The notes beneath the pieces were generated by a model that saw only the letters and a list, made by a program, of their open reading frames with translations, was not told the DNA's origin and did not search any database. From NCBI GenBank assembly GCA_964016885.1, contig OZ024742.1, positions 15,934,001-15,998,000 on the forward strand: a DNA stretch of 64,000 nucleotides, read 5' to 3'. The position numbers were made by a program, and so were the translations under genes. Source of the stretch: Eledone cirrhosa (taxonomy: Eukaryota). Positions 12,001 through 25,500 of this stretch are shown here, piece after piece (position 1 is the first letter of the stretch; the number at the start of each line of letters is the position of its first letter).

Positions 12001-13896
12001 TCAGTAATGTTTAGTTTGTTTGTGATGATAATGTTTTTGAGAATTATGTTAGTCTTGTGTATTATCTTTTGGTTCTGTTTGGAGTTCTGGATCTTAGAGA
12101 GAGTGTCTCGTTGCCCCATGTCAGATTCTTTCATTTTCATCCATTCGATCATAATTTCATCCTTCAAGTTGGCAAGTTCATTCTCATTCATTTCTTTATC
12201 ATTTACGATCTCATTATTTTCATTTGGAGTTTCATCCTGAGCATGCACTCCCTCCACTTTTTCGCTCCTTTCTTTAATTTGTTCTGTTGCCAGTGATTCC
12301 GCCCCAACGCTGGGATTCGAAGTGTTACAGTTTACCTCGTTTTCACTGACACATGCTTCATTTTCCCTTCGCTAACTTTGTGCTACTAGCTTGATCTGAT
12401 CAATTTCTATATCAGTTAGTAACTTTTTTCTTACAATATTTCTTCGTATATTGGCTAGTTTGTTACTGTCAATATAGTCTCTGTTTTCGGGATGTTTCTT
12501 TTTACAGTTGATATATGTCTGTTCTGTATTCGATGTATTTGATGGGTAGTACATGGCAGTGTAGAAAGCCTCAAGGACTTCTTTATTATCTTTCCTTGAC
12601 CATTTTTCTCTCTTTTTCTTTGGATTTCTTGGTGGTGAGCATGGAGGGCCAACAGTAGGAGTATTCCGGTTATGGGAGGTCCCCAGCTCCGAAGTGATGG
12701 GAAGGTTTGAACCATTAGCTGATTTTTCGACCCCAGTCTTGTTCCTCTCTGAGGGACGCGGCCCTTTTTTACTCGGGTCACGGCCGATCCGGTATGAGAT
12801 TTTATCATTAGACATTTACTTTATTTTTTCGCGTTTTATCCTTATCCGCCAAGGGGTAATCATTTCGTGTTACCACTTCTAGAACGAGTGTCAACCAAGA
12901 CTAGAGGGGTCGTTCTCCCCTAGAGACATGGCTATTCCCCGCCGGCCGCCATCCCGGTATTTCTTGGTCACGGGGTTTTCTTTTTGTTGTTTTTTTTTTT
13001 TTTTAAATTGTTATTATCATGAGTGGTTCCTTAATGTGAGCATTGCGTGGCTTAAGAATGAAATGATTAATAATTGTCTCCACTCCAGGCACAAGGCCAG
13101 CAATCACCCAGTGCATTACAATAATATAATATACTTTTTGTTGTAGTTGGCTGTTATTGTTGTTGGCTATGTCGGTGGTGGTGCCGGGGCTTTTTATATT
13201 GTTGGTGAGGAAGGGGTGAGCCAGCAGTCCCATAATTGTTGATGTAGACGTTTGGCCGGTGGCAAGGTCACCAAGTCAATCTATTTATATCTTTTGCTAG
13301 CCTCTCTCTTGTCTAGTGATACCGCCACCTTCCCTTTTCTCTCTCAAGTTAACAGGGGAATAGTGTCAGTAGCATCGAATGAGTGGTGGCGGCGATGATG
13401 GATGTGGTGGGGTGGTGGCAGCGGTGGTGTTGTGGTTACTGATATAGTATCTATGAGTTTGTGTTCGTATGTTTAATATATATTTTTATTATATTTTGTG
13501 TTGACATATTCCCGTAAAATTTGAATTAAACATTTTTTAAAATTTGAGACAATAATAATAGTAATTATTATTATGATGCTGGTGAAATTGCCGTTATCTG
13601 GCTGTTATATTTAGTGTGATGGGATAGGTAGTGTATCAAGTTTCTGGTGTTGGTGAAATTGAAATTGCTGCTATTTGGCTGTTCTATATAGTGTAGACAG
13701 AGGGTGTTTTGTTCCATTTATAACCATTTTCTTTTTTTGAATACAAAATATATAATACAAAATTGAATATTTGAGCGATACAACAATATAATATGGATCC
13801 GAAACTTTATGGGACCTCATTCGGTGCATTTATGCAACATTTGTGCTAAGAATTATTCTTTCACAATTGATTTAAATATGTTAAAAATCAAAAAAC

Positions 13897-13898
<2 letters not shown>
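9024..13898 (-). mobile_element. Dong family B copy B3, apparently full length with ~1.1-kb 5' leader
   Basis: ORF from ATG 12815 to stop 9165, interrupted by in-frame stops near 12372, 11736, 11550, 11338 and 9526. (TAA)n at both ends. Confidence 0.92.
9165..12815 (-). pseudogene. RT-RLE polyprotein of Dong-B3 (~1200 codons, several nonsense mutations)
   Basis: Collinear ORF pieces in a single frame carry RT, CCHC and PD-D RLE motifs. Confidence 0.88.
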
Positions 13899-13938
<40 letters not shown>

Positions 13939-13947
13939 GTTGTTATT

Positions 13948-16293
13948 CCTTGAATCTCAATCATTGATGTTGGTTAACTGGAAAGTCCGTTGGATTGAAT
14001 ATCAAGCCACTACCTGCAGCCTCAGATATTCAGGACGTATCGGAGGGTTCTTGCTGTTCCAAGCAAGCATGCCTTTTGAAGCGTTCCAAAAAGCGTGAAG
14101 GGGCCGATTTTCTTTAACCATCCCTGGAAACTTTTGGAGATAGTCCCCAGTGCGCCTATGACAATCGGGATCACTTTGACTTCATGGCAGTTCCAGATCC
14201 TTTTCACCTCCCACTTTAGGTCCTGGTATCGGTTAATTTTCTCCCTCTCCTTCTCTTGCACTCTCGTGTCGAACGGGCAGGCCACATCCACAATCAGACA
14301 CGATCTTTTTTCTTTGTCCACAACCACCAGGTCAGGTCTATTGTGTTCCAGTTTTTTGTCCGTCTGTATCCTAAAATCCCACAGCACCTTCACCTGATTG
14401 TTCTCCATCACCGCCTCTGGCCTATGCTCATACCATTTCTCAGAATGTGGTAAATTGTTTACTTTACACAGGTGCCAGTGGATCACCCTGCCCATCACAT
14501 CGTGTCTCCAGCCCTTATAGTGGGTCTGGGCTAGGTGTTTACACTCGGACACAATGTGAGCCACAGTCTCCTCTCTCTCTCCACAGATCCTGCACAGTGG
14601 GCTAGCCTCCACCTTGTAGATATGGTGCTTCAACCACTTCGTTTTGAGGGCCTGCTCCTGCGCAGCCATTAGCATTCCTTCTGTAGCCTTTTTGAGGTCT
14701 CCTCTTCTCAACCAGTTCCATGTCTGTGGATCTCTAAATTCAGTTTTCTCAAAGAAGGTACTATGAAGGGATTTTCCCTTAAGGCTGCTCTTCCTCCTTG
14801 ATGTTATTTCCTCCGTGGACATCCCCTGGCCTACTGTCCCCTCCTTCAGTACAGTTCTGAGCATTGGCTCCTTACTATAGGTCACGTATTTGTATAGGTT
14901 GTTTTTCTCCATCTGAACACAGTCCTCTATGCTGAAAAGACCTCTTCCACCCTCAGATCTCCTTAGGTAGAGTCTGTCGACATCACTCCTCTTGTGGAAC
15001 ATGTTGTAGATAGTCAATAGCTTCCTAGTCTTCCTATCCATTTCTTTTTGTTCAGCAACATTCCATCTCAGAATTCCCGCACTGTACCTAATAATAGACA
15101 CAGCTCGGGAATTTACTGCGCTTATGGCATTTCTGCTGTTAAGATGTGACTTCAATACGCTCCTTACTCTCCGAATGTATTCAGTTCTTAACAATTCCTT
15201 CATGTTTTTGTTCTTTATGCCATCAGCCTCCAGAACGCCCAAATACTTGTATCCTTCCTCAGAGTCAATTTCCTTTATCATCTCACCTGTTGGTATCTGG
15301 ATCCCGTTACTTCTGCTCAACCTACCCCTCCTCATCACAATGACTCCACATTTACCAATACCAAACTGCATACATATATCACTGCTGAAAATACGGACAG
15401 TGTCAACAAGCACATCCAACTCCTTCTCACTTTTCCCGAAGAGCTTAAGATCGTCCATGAAGAGGAGGTGATTGATGGTAAGCTCTCCCCTTCCCAACTT
15501 GTATCCTGCTCTCACTTTTCGTAGCATAATGGTCAAGGGCATCAGGGCAAGGACAAACAACAGAGGGGACAGGCTATCTCCCTGGAAGATACCTCTCTTG
15601 ATCTTCACGCTTCCCAAGGATACTCCAGTTGATGTCAACTCTGTCTCCCAGGCCTAGCAACTGTCTGATGTTATCTGCCACCTTGAAGATCTCCAGGCTT
15701 TTGGTGATCCAGGAATGGGGCACCATGTCAAATGCCTTTCTGTAGTCTATCCATCCCATGGCAAGATCAGTGTGTCTCCTCCTGCAATTCCCCATTACCA
15801 TCTTATCAATAAGTAACTGGTCCTTTGTACCACGTGACTTCTTTCGGCATCCTTTCTGTTCGTCCGGTAACAAGTTGTTTGTGTGGAGGTGATGGTAGAT
15901 TTCCTCAGACACAATGCTCGTCAACAGTTTCCACATTACGGACAGACATGTGATAGGTCTATAGTTGGTAACATCATTACCCTTGATTCGGTCTTTCATT
16001 ATCAGAACTGTGGTACCTTTTGTCAACCACTCTGGCACCTCACCCGACACCAAGCAGTCATTGAACATGGCCGTCAGCTTCGGGTGCAGGGATGTTAAAT
16101 GTTTAATCCAATACCCCTGCACACCATCTGGGCCTGGTGATTTCCAGTTGGTTAGTTTTTTGGCATGCCCCTTAAGAGTTTCAACTGTGATACTCAACTC
16201 AGTTTGTTGTTGTGCCTGCTCACCGATCTCATTCTGTACTGTCTCAATCCACCCTGCCTGGGCATTGTGTCTAACATCCTGCTCCCATATTCC
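13948..16293 (-). mobile_element. Dong family A copy A2, 5'-truncated
   Basis: RT (LFMDDLKL), CRICGEREETVAHIVSEC, RHD, NRPDLVVVD...VDVACP. Small deletion/frameshift near 15650; (TTA)n flanks. Confidence 0.92.
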
Positions 16294-16378
<85 letters not shown>

Positions 16379-16379
<1 letters not shown>

Positions 16380-17110
16380 TGAGACTCAGTCATTGATGTT
16401 AGTTAACTGGAAAGTTTGTTGAAATGAATATCAAGCTACTATCTGCAGCCTCAGATATTCAGGACGTATCGGAGGATTCTTGCTGTTCCCAGCAAGCATG
16501 CCTTTTGAAGCGTTCCAAAAAGCGTGAAGGGGCCAATTTTCTTTAACCATCCCTGGAAACTTTTGGAGATAGTCCCCAGTGCGCCTATGTCAATCGGGAC
16601 CAGTTTGACTTCATGGCAGTTCCAGATCCTTTTCACCTCCCACTTTAGGTCCTGGTATCGGTTAATTTTCTCCCTCTCCTTCTCTTGCACTCTCGTGTCG
16701 AATGGGCAGGCCACATCCACAATCAGGCACGATCTTTTTTCCTTGTCCACAACCACCAGGTCAGGTCTATTGTGTTCCAGTTTCTTGGCCGTCTGTATCC
16801 TAAAATCCCACAGCACCTTCACCTGATCGTTTTCTATCACCGACTCTGGCTTATGCTCATACCACTTCTCACAATGTGGTAAATTGTTTACTTTGCATAG
16901 GTGCCAGTGGATCACCCTGCCCATCACATCATGTCTCCTCCAGCCTTTATAGTGAGTCTGGGCTAGGTGTTTACACTCGGATACAATGTGAGCCACAGTC
17001 TCCTCTCTCTCTCCACAGATCCTTCACAGTGGGCTAGCCTCCTCCTTGTAAATATGGTGTTTCAACCAGTTCGTTTTGAGGGCCTGCTCTTGCGCAGCCA
17101 TTAGCATTCC

Positions 17111-17111
<1 letters not shown>
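16379..17111 (-). mobile_element. Dong family A copy A3, short 3' fragment
   Basis: RLE domain near-identical to A2; (TTA)n flanks. Confidence 0.9.
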
Positions 17112-17163
<52 letters not shown>

Positions 17164-17164
17164 A

Positions 17165-17201
<37 letters not shown>

Positions 17202-20200
17202 GGCGACCTACGTAGTAAATCGTATCATCGTGAGCTCCGCAAAGGTTTGTTATTTCCGTTTGTTAAAAATTGTCATTTATGGAAAATTTTATTGTCAACT
17301 GTTTATAAGCGGACATACATTGTTTTCCGAAAAGGACACCCAAAAAGATTGGGGCCTTGTGCCCAAAATTTAAACTTTTATTATTATCAAAAAAATTTCT
17401 TTGAAAAAAATGGCAAATTCACCTCTGCACGAAGCAGCTGAAAGCCTTCCTCACAAATTAACACCTCACACCGACACCACCATTGTAAATGTTACTACGT
17501 TTGCCAACACAAAAAAAATATAAGCACTAGCAATATTTTAAATTTGTCTCAGGCAGACATTCATTTCCCGCCATTACCAATGACTGCAGGTGTTAAAGCC
17601 TCCACCACCACCACCACCACCGCGACAACCACCACCACCACCACCATCACCACCACCGCGACAACAGAAACAAAAGAAGAAAAAAATAAATTAACTCGTG
17701 ATGTCGAAATGAAATCAAGCAAAATGGACTCTTCCCCACCAAAGACGACTGACGTCACCACCACCACAACTGAAACTAAAATTAATATTAACGATAGCAA
17801 CAACAACAACAATGAAATTATAAAACCCCCCTCAGTTTCGCCAGAGTAGCAAAACAGTTCGAAGCATTTACGGTAACTCAGGAGGATTTAGAAAATGCCA
17901 AACAAATGGTAAAGAAAGATGGGTACAGGGTCAGCCTCACCCCCCACCTAATAAAATGGAGCATCGGCGCCTATGCACCGTGTCGTATAGAACAATAAAT
18001 GTAAAATCGCGCCGAATGGAACGGCCATCCGAGTCCCAAATCCAAAAAGCTTTGGGACATGTGTGGGCAAGAAAAACCCACATCAGACGTGGGCAAAAGT
18101 ATGGAACCGTGGACGTGTTCTTTGAAACACCAGAGGAGGCTAGAGAACACTCCATGGCCCCATTAAGAAGTGACGACTTCACACTCGTCCCAAGCTATTG
18201 TGGCCAGAGACTCGTAAAGATCAGGGTGACCCACGTTCCACCGGCCATCGAAATTCCTTGGCTAATAGCGGCTGTCCTCGCCGTCATCGAAGCCAACACG
18301 AAAATAATAGCAATAGCAAAAGAAAAGCAGGAGCTCCTGATCCAAGCGGACCAAAAAAGCATTGAGGAAATCCCAGAGGTAATAGACCTCACTGACGGCA
18401 GCCACCTCACGGTAATTGTGAAGGAAATGGTGAAGGAACCCACCTAAGGGCTTTCTGCCCTCAGGCTAAAAGGTTGTGGCCACCTCTCCTACCCACCCCA
18501 GTGACACAACCATCAACACCACCAGTAGCAGAGATGGCAGAAACAACTGTAGCAACAACAACAGAAGCAACTATAACAGCAACAACCCCAGCAACAGTAG
18601 CAAAACCAACACCACCACCACCACCAGCAAAACCAACACCACCACCACCCAACGCTTCAGAACTAGCACCAGCGCCTACACCATCCACCACGCCACAACC
18701 AAAACTAACGGCTGTGAAGGATTTTCCACTCCCTGGCCTATCACACTGGAGACAGATTGTGACGACGAGGAGTGGGAAACGATATCCGGAACAAAAAAGA
18801 AACCAAAAAAGAAAAAATTCTCTTCCTTCCCCCTCCAAAAACAAAATACAGAGGGAAACAAATAAATTAAGAAACAAAAAAGTTAGGACAGATATGCCAC
18901 CATCCACACCAGCATCACCAAACCCATCAACCCAAACACCAACACCATCACCATCATTAACCCCAACACCACCATCACCTACACCACAAAAGTCACCAAA
19001 ATGCGAAACAGAAACAAACCCACAACAAACGCAAACAAAACAAAACAACCAAAACGATACACACTACACAGCATTAAATTTGAACAACAAGCAATTATTA
19101 CACTACATCCAACACAACACCAGCATCACAGAAAAAGACTACACAACAACCCCAAAATTCACACCACCTCCACACATACAAATCACTCGCATCACACAGA
19201 AAACGTACATGACACTAAAACAAAAATTCCCCAAAGACATCGGAAACTTCCGACAAGCACTCTCCAGGAGGATTTATAAGGACATCCTTCCTGAGGAGGC
19301 CACAAGCAGTGAAAAGGATGGAAAAACCGTCCTTCCCCTACGAGAAGTAAGGTAAGTGGTCTTTCCCATCTTTTCCACTCCTTTTCAACATACCTCACTC
19401 AGAATAGGCAGCATAAATTCGCGTGGCTTGGGGTCGTCATGGAAGCAGGGCCACCTGCTCAACGACCTCAGGTCACTAAACATAGATGTAGTGGCCATCA
19501 GCGAGACCAGAATCTCCGAAGCACAGGCTTTCGCACCGATCTTCGGCGGCTACGATGTGTACGCATCTCCCAGCCGTCCGGGATCGGGGGGAAGAGTTGC
19601 TGTGCTTTTTCGGAGAGGTTTGGATCTTGCCATACGGGCCATCTTCCTGGACCCAGAAGGTAAGTTGGTGGTGCTGGACGTGACCAGCGGAGACGGCCAA
19701 GCTTTCAGGCTAGTGGCCGTCTATGCCCCGACAGGAGCAGAGCGGCCTGATTTCTTCCGGCGTCTGGAGACCTTTCTTGGAACGTCCCGCTCTTTAGTGT
19801 TAGTGGGCGACTGGAACGGGATCTTAGATGCACGCTGGGATTGTGTGGGATTAGTGGATAAGGAAGGAGGGTGCAAGAGTCTCACCAACCTGCTCAGACG
19901 TTTTGAACTGTCTGACAGGTACCGAATGGATTTCCCAAATGTACGAATGTGGACTTGGACAAATCGCATAGGGTCATCCAGATCATATCTAGATAGAGTA
20001 TTTTGTAGGGAAATAGATAGGTCTAGCATAGGCTGTCCACAATTCAAGATAGTCAGCTACACGGACCACAAATTCGTGATCTGTGTGCTTGACTCAGATA
20101 GGCTTCATAGACGAGGACCCGGCTTAGGTTTAGTAAGACTTTAGCAATAGAGAAAAATAGAGCAGAGGGAGAATTAGTTAGAAAATTAGATGAGGCGCTT

Positions 20201-22530
20201 AGCAAAGGCATCGCGACCGACGTACTTGCGGCGAAATTGGCCCTTGACCAATTCTTCAATGCAAAGCACGAAGGCTGCGTTGTCAGAGCTAGGGTGCGTG
20301 CTCTCAGACACGAGGGGACGAAAGCCGTTCAATGGGCCCGAGTGGCGGAGGCGCGTCGTGGCAACAAAGCCACGATCCGGTCTTTGGTGGACCACGACGG
20401 GCGCATGCTACTCGATCCCGGGCAAATGTGTGAAGCTTTTCAGCGACACTTCGCTCAACTGTTCGGGGGCAGTGGCGGGCCGGATCGAGGGATGGACTTT
20501 AGTGTCTACCTCGACGGACTGCCGCGGCTTTCGGCCACTGAGGCGGAGTGTTGCGAAAAGCCGATAACAACCGCTGAAGTACGGGATGCAATGACTAGTT
20601 GCACAAGGGGTAAATCGCCTGGTTTGGATGGTCTGCCCTATGAACTTTACGTACAAATGCCAAACTTGTTCGGAGGCCTCTTGGCGGACGTCTACTGCAA
20701 CTGGCAATAGAACGGGAGAATTCCCAGCTCTGTGAGCCGAGGAGCGGTGGCGCTGCTGAGAAAGGATCCGAACAAGGGGGATAACATAGATAATTTTAGG
20801 CCCATAACTCTGCTAAACACAGAGTTCAAGATTTTGGCCAAGGTGCTAGCAAAGAGGTTGGCGCTTGTCGTTGGTGGTCTGGTGGGAGAGGCACAGACAT
20901 GCGCCATTCCCGACAGATCCATCCACGACAACCTCCACCTCATGCGATACATCGTAGAGAGGGTAGCTAGGGAACCTGGCACGGGTGGGTCTTTGATCAA
21001 TTTAGATCAGTCGAAAGCCTTCGATAGGGTCGACCATCGTTACCTAGCGGCAGTCCTGAGGGCGGCTGGCTTTGGGCCCGTCTTCAGAGGCTGGATCGCT
21101 GCCATGCACAGCGACATCTGCTCTGTAGTGAGAGTGAACGGTCACCTTTCGGAACCGTTCAACATCATGCGCTCGGTCCGCCAAGGATGTCCCCTCTCGT
21201 CCCTATTGTACGTATTGACTCTCGAGCCATTACTGCACAAACTGGAGACGTTGAGGGGGGTCCGCTCGAACTAGGATGCGGAAGATCCGTGTCAGCATAT
21301 GCCGACGATGTCACCGTAGTGGTGTCGAACGCCAAACACATCGAGGCGATCGGCACTACACTAAGAGAATACGAAGCGGTGACAGGAGCAATGATCAACC
21401 AGGAAAAGTCAGTGGGCCTGCAGCTCGGCACCTGGAGAGGCAGGTCCATGCCGTCCAACAGCGTCGTCGGGCGCTGGACGGACGGACCGGTTAAATTGCT
21501 AGGGGTCTGGTTCGGTCCAGACCTCCAGACGGACAAAAACTGGGACGAGGTGACCAGCAGGGTGGCTTCGAGAGGGAACGCTTGGAGACTGGAATGTCTT
21601 CAGGCGCTCACAGCCCTCGACCAATCGGGCAATGTGATCGGTGGAAACTCCACCTTGGCGTTCTATAGGGGATTAGTGGAGGGGAAGAGCGACGACGTAC
21701 TTGGAGAAACTCTAGGCGTCGACGAAAATCAACTAGCCAATCTCTTCGGAAGGACTTTCGGGCCGGGGCCTATGGACAACTTCCAGAAATCCCTGGCCTG
21801 GCAGTGCTACCGAGGAGCTTTGCCAGTTCGGGATAAACTCTACAGGCATAGAGGTGCCGTCAGCCGGGCATGTCCGAGATGCGCGCAGGGCGACGAAACC
21901 GTCCTGCACGCACTCGTCCAGTGTCCGAGCATTGCTGACTTGTGGGTTTATGTCGAACACCTGCTGTCACGTGTAGGACGGATCCAGCTATCAGCTGAGT
22001 CTATCGTGAGGATTGCCCCGCCCCCTTCCTTTAGCCGTGAAGGGCAGGCAGTTTTTAGCTGTCTGGTGGCCATGGCGAAAGAGATAGTATGGTGGACACG
22101 TTTGAAAGGGCTGAAGACGAGCACTTACCTCTTCGGTGATGCCCTGATTAACTTTTTCAAATTTCATTTGAAAAGGAAAATCAGGGTAGAGAGGGAAGTG
22201 CTCTCTTCCCAGCATTTTGTTGAAAGATGGGTGAGAGAAGCAAGTATGGCCCGAATGAATGGGCCTTCTCTGAGTATGTGTCTGTAAATTAAAGGTGGAA
22301 AACTGGGAGAGGGCACTTGCCCTGGTGGTCAGGGCCACTGTGGTCTTTTAATGGGCTTTCTCCACAAATGTCCCTCGGAAGTCTCCCCCCTATTGGGGAA
22401 TTTTTCTTTGTTATTTTATTTCAACCTCCGTTTTTTTTACACGCAGAAATGCCCATTTGTACCGTCCTGTATTGTCCTGTACTGTCCTTAATGTCTACTT
22501 TATGTAAACCCTTGTGGTTAATAAAGAAAA

Positions 22531-22532
<2 letters not shown>
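17202..22532 (+). mobile_element. Tx1/L1-clade LINE family A, copy 1 (full-length ends, internal deletions)
   Basis: ORF1 fragments 17410-19355. ORF2 has APE (INSRGL, ISET, VYAP, LVGDWN, SYLDR, TDHK), RT (FRPITLLN, LDQSKAFD, VRQGCPLS, YADD) and CCHC (CPRC..DETVLHALVQC). AATAAA precedes the (TTA)n tail. Confidence 0.92.
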
Positions 22533-22573
<41 letters not shown>

Positions 22574-25500
22574 GGTCTAAGCGGACGTATTTTGCTCGCT
22601 CACAGTAAGTCGCTTTATTTGCCTGTTAAAATTATTTGTTGTTAAATATTTCTTGTTGTGTAAGGGATATAAGCCCTTAGACTTTGCCCCGTGAAGGGGA
22701 AAGTATAATATTTGGGCCTTTTGGCCCAAATATTTGAACTTTGTTTAACATGCTAAAAAATTTACGAAGAAAAAAAAACATGGCTGAGCCACGCCCCCCA
22801 GTGATATGTCGGCTGTTGTGCGACAACGACGTAGAAGTTGAGAGGAGCGCTACAGCGAAATTAACACACATTGATAACACAAACACCACCACAAACAAGG
22901 TACACAAAGACACCAATGATACCAATAAGAACTCTAATTTTGAAAAAAATGACAGTCACAGCGACAACGAAAATACAGATAACAAAAAAAAAAAAATAAC
23001 AAATACAACAACAATATCAACACCACTAACATGAAAACAAATAGCGACAACACCAACAGCAACAATACCAACTGCACCGAGAACAACGGTGGCAACAAAG
23101 ACAACAATGATAACAGCGACAGTGCTAACAACAACACCAACAAGAACAACGACGACAACACCCCCAACGAAAACAAGAACACTTTCGCTGCGGCAGCAGC
23201 CAAAAAAAGGCCATGCTTCAACATGGACCTCTCAAACAAAGATGAAAAGTTGGCCCAGGCATGGAAGCTCATCAAGCAAGAGCAAACTTGGGCCAACTTA
23301 ACTGTCCCGGTAGAAGCTATTGAGGCAGTGGAGCGCAAAACGGTGCATTATAGATGCATCTCAGCACAAACCAAAAGGGTAGTTTTAATCCCACAAGAAG
23401 ATGTCGAAGTCGCGCTGAGGTGCATCAGAGAAGACACCGAATATATAGAGAGGGCCGGACAGTACGGCACCATTTCGGTGTTGTTCAAGTCAGAAGCCCT
23501 TGCTATGAAACACGCTATGACTCCTTGCAAAACCAGCAAGGTCATAATGTACCCTCCCACATGGGAAAAAGAACGGCCCGTCTCCGCATTCCCAGAATCC
23601 CAGCAGGACTTGACATGTGGTGGCTACTGGGATGTGTGATTGTGGAAGGAACGGATACAGTCCCTATAGAAGTGACCAGAACGGTCAGAGAGGACTGGTC
23701 CGGGGTTGACCTGGAGATCCTTCTCCAGATCAGGCCCGAGAATGTGAAGACAATCCCGGACCACATCCGCCTTCAGAATGGGATGGTCATTCACATTATG
23801 ACCGATGGCAAACGGCCGCAGTGTTTTGTTTGTGGGGAAAAAACCCATTTGCGAGCCTTCTGCCCACAACTGCCGAAAGAGACAAGGGGTCGAAAGGCTC
23901 CACTGCTGCCGACGCCGGGGCGAGGACCACAACCAACACCTGCACCGGAAAAACCACCAACAACAACACCAATAGAAAGACCACCACCAACATTGACCAC
24001 CCAGGGGGGAAACGAGGAAAGCTGTCAAATTACCCCTCCCCCCCAAAATACACACACCAATAAAACCTTAAACATACATACAGACACACTTACAGACACA
24101 GACCCCTCATCTACCAGTAGTGAAAATGAGGGAAATCCAAAATCCCCCAAAATACAAAAAAGGAAACACAAAAAGAAAAAAAAAACTCAACAAAGCACAA
24201 AAGCACCCCCAATAAAAAACGCAGACACCACCCACGCAAACATCTCTCCAATAACACCAACATCAACACCACCATCACCATCACCAGAATCCCCCAAACG
24301 CAAACAACCGAAACAGATGCAAGAACAAATATACACACAAACATCTGAAACCACAGACACCGCACTCACAACAAACACAGATACAACCGAAACAACACCA
24401 CCAAAACCATCACCACCACAGCCACGCAAACAAATAAAATCACACCAACAAAACATAAAAAACTTCGTACTCGTCAGGAGGGCCAACAAGGAACTGATGG
24501 CCCTCGTAGCATGAAGTGAAAATATACAAAAAGAGGGGGAAATTTTTAAATCGAGCACATTTCGCATGCCGGAAGATTTGGCTTTGGTGCGAATGTCGCT
24601 CGACATATTCAAAGAAATACGAGACAGCTTTCCTCGGGACGTGGGAACCCCGAACGTAAAACCCACTTCAAGACTTTTAAAGGGGTTCCCAAAAGAAACC
24701 CTACTAACTATGGAGGTCGAACAACCCGACCTTCACAAGAGCCCGGAAGTTAAGTAAACCTTCGTCTCTCTCTGTTTAACCTGCCAACATGGCCGTATTA
24801 AGAGTAGGATGTTTAAATGTTCGAGGCCTGGGATCGTCCTGGAAGCAGGGTCACCTGCTCAACGACCTCAGGTCTATAGAAATGGATGTAATTGCAGTTA
24901 GCGAGACCAGGATTTCCGACACGCGCGCACTAGCCCCCAATTTCGACGACTATCAGATCTTTGCATTTGTTAGTCGGCCGGGAATGGGAGGCGGGGTGGC
25001 AGTGCTGTTTAGGAAAGGCCTGGATCTCGAGGTAAGGTCGATCTTCCGGGACCCGGACGGGAAGTTGGTGGTCCTGGACGTGAACAATAATGAAGGTGGT
25101 GCCTTTAGACTGGTGGCCGTCTATGCTCCTACTGGGGTAGGACGGCCGGACTTCTTTAGACGCCTGGAAGCCTTTCTGGGTACGTCTCGCCTTTTAGTGT
25201 TAGCGGGGGACTGGAACGGCATCTTAGACGCACGCTGGGACTGTGTGGGAGTATCCGATAGGAGCGTGGGGTGCAAAAGCCTCAAGAACCTGATCAGCCA
25301 GTTCCAACTGTCTGACAGGTACCGACTAGATTTCCCTAATGCGCCAGTGTGGTCCTGGGCTAACCGCATAGGGTCATCTAGATCGTATATAGACAGGATA
25401 TTCATTAGGAAAATAGACAGAAATAGTGTAAGCTGTCCACGTTTTGAAACGGTCGCCTATTCAGATCACAATTTTGTGATCTGTATGGTCAACCTAGATA

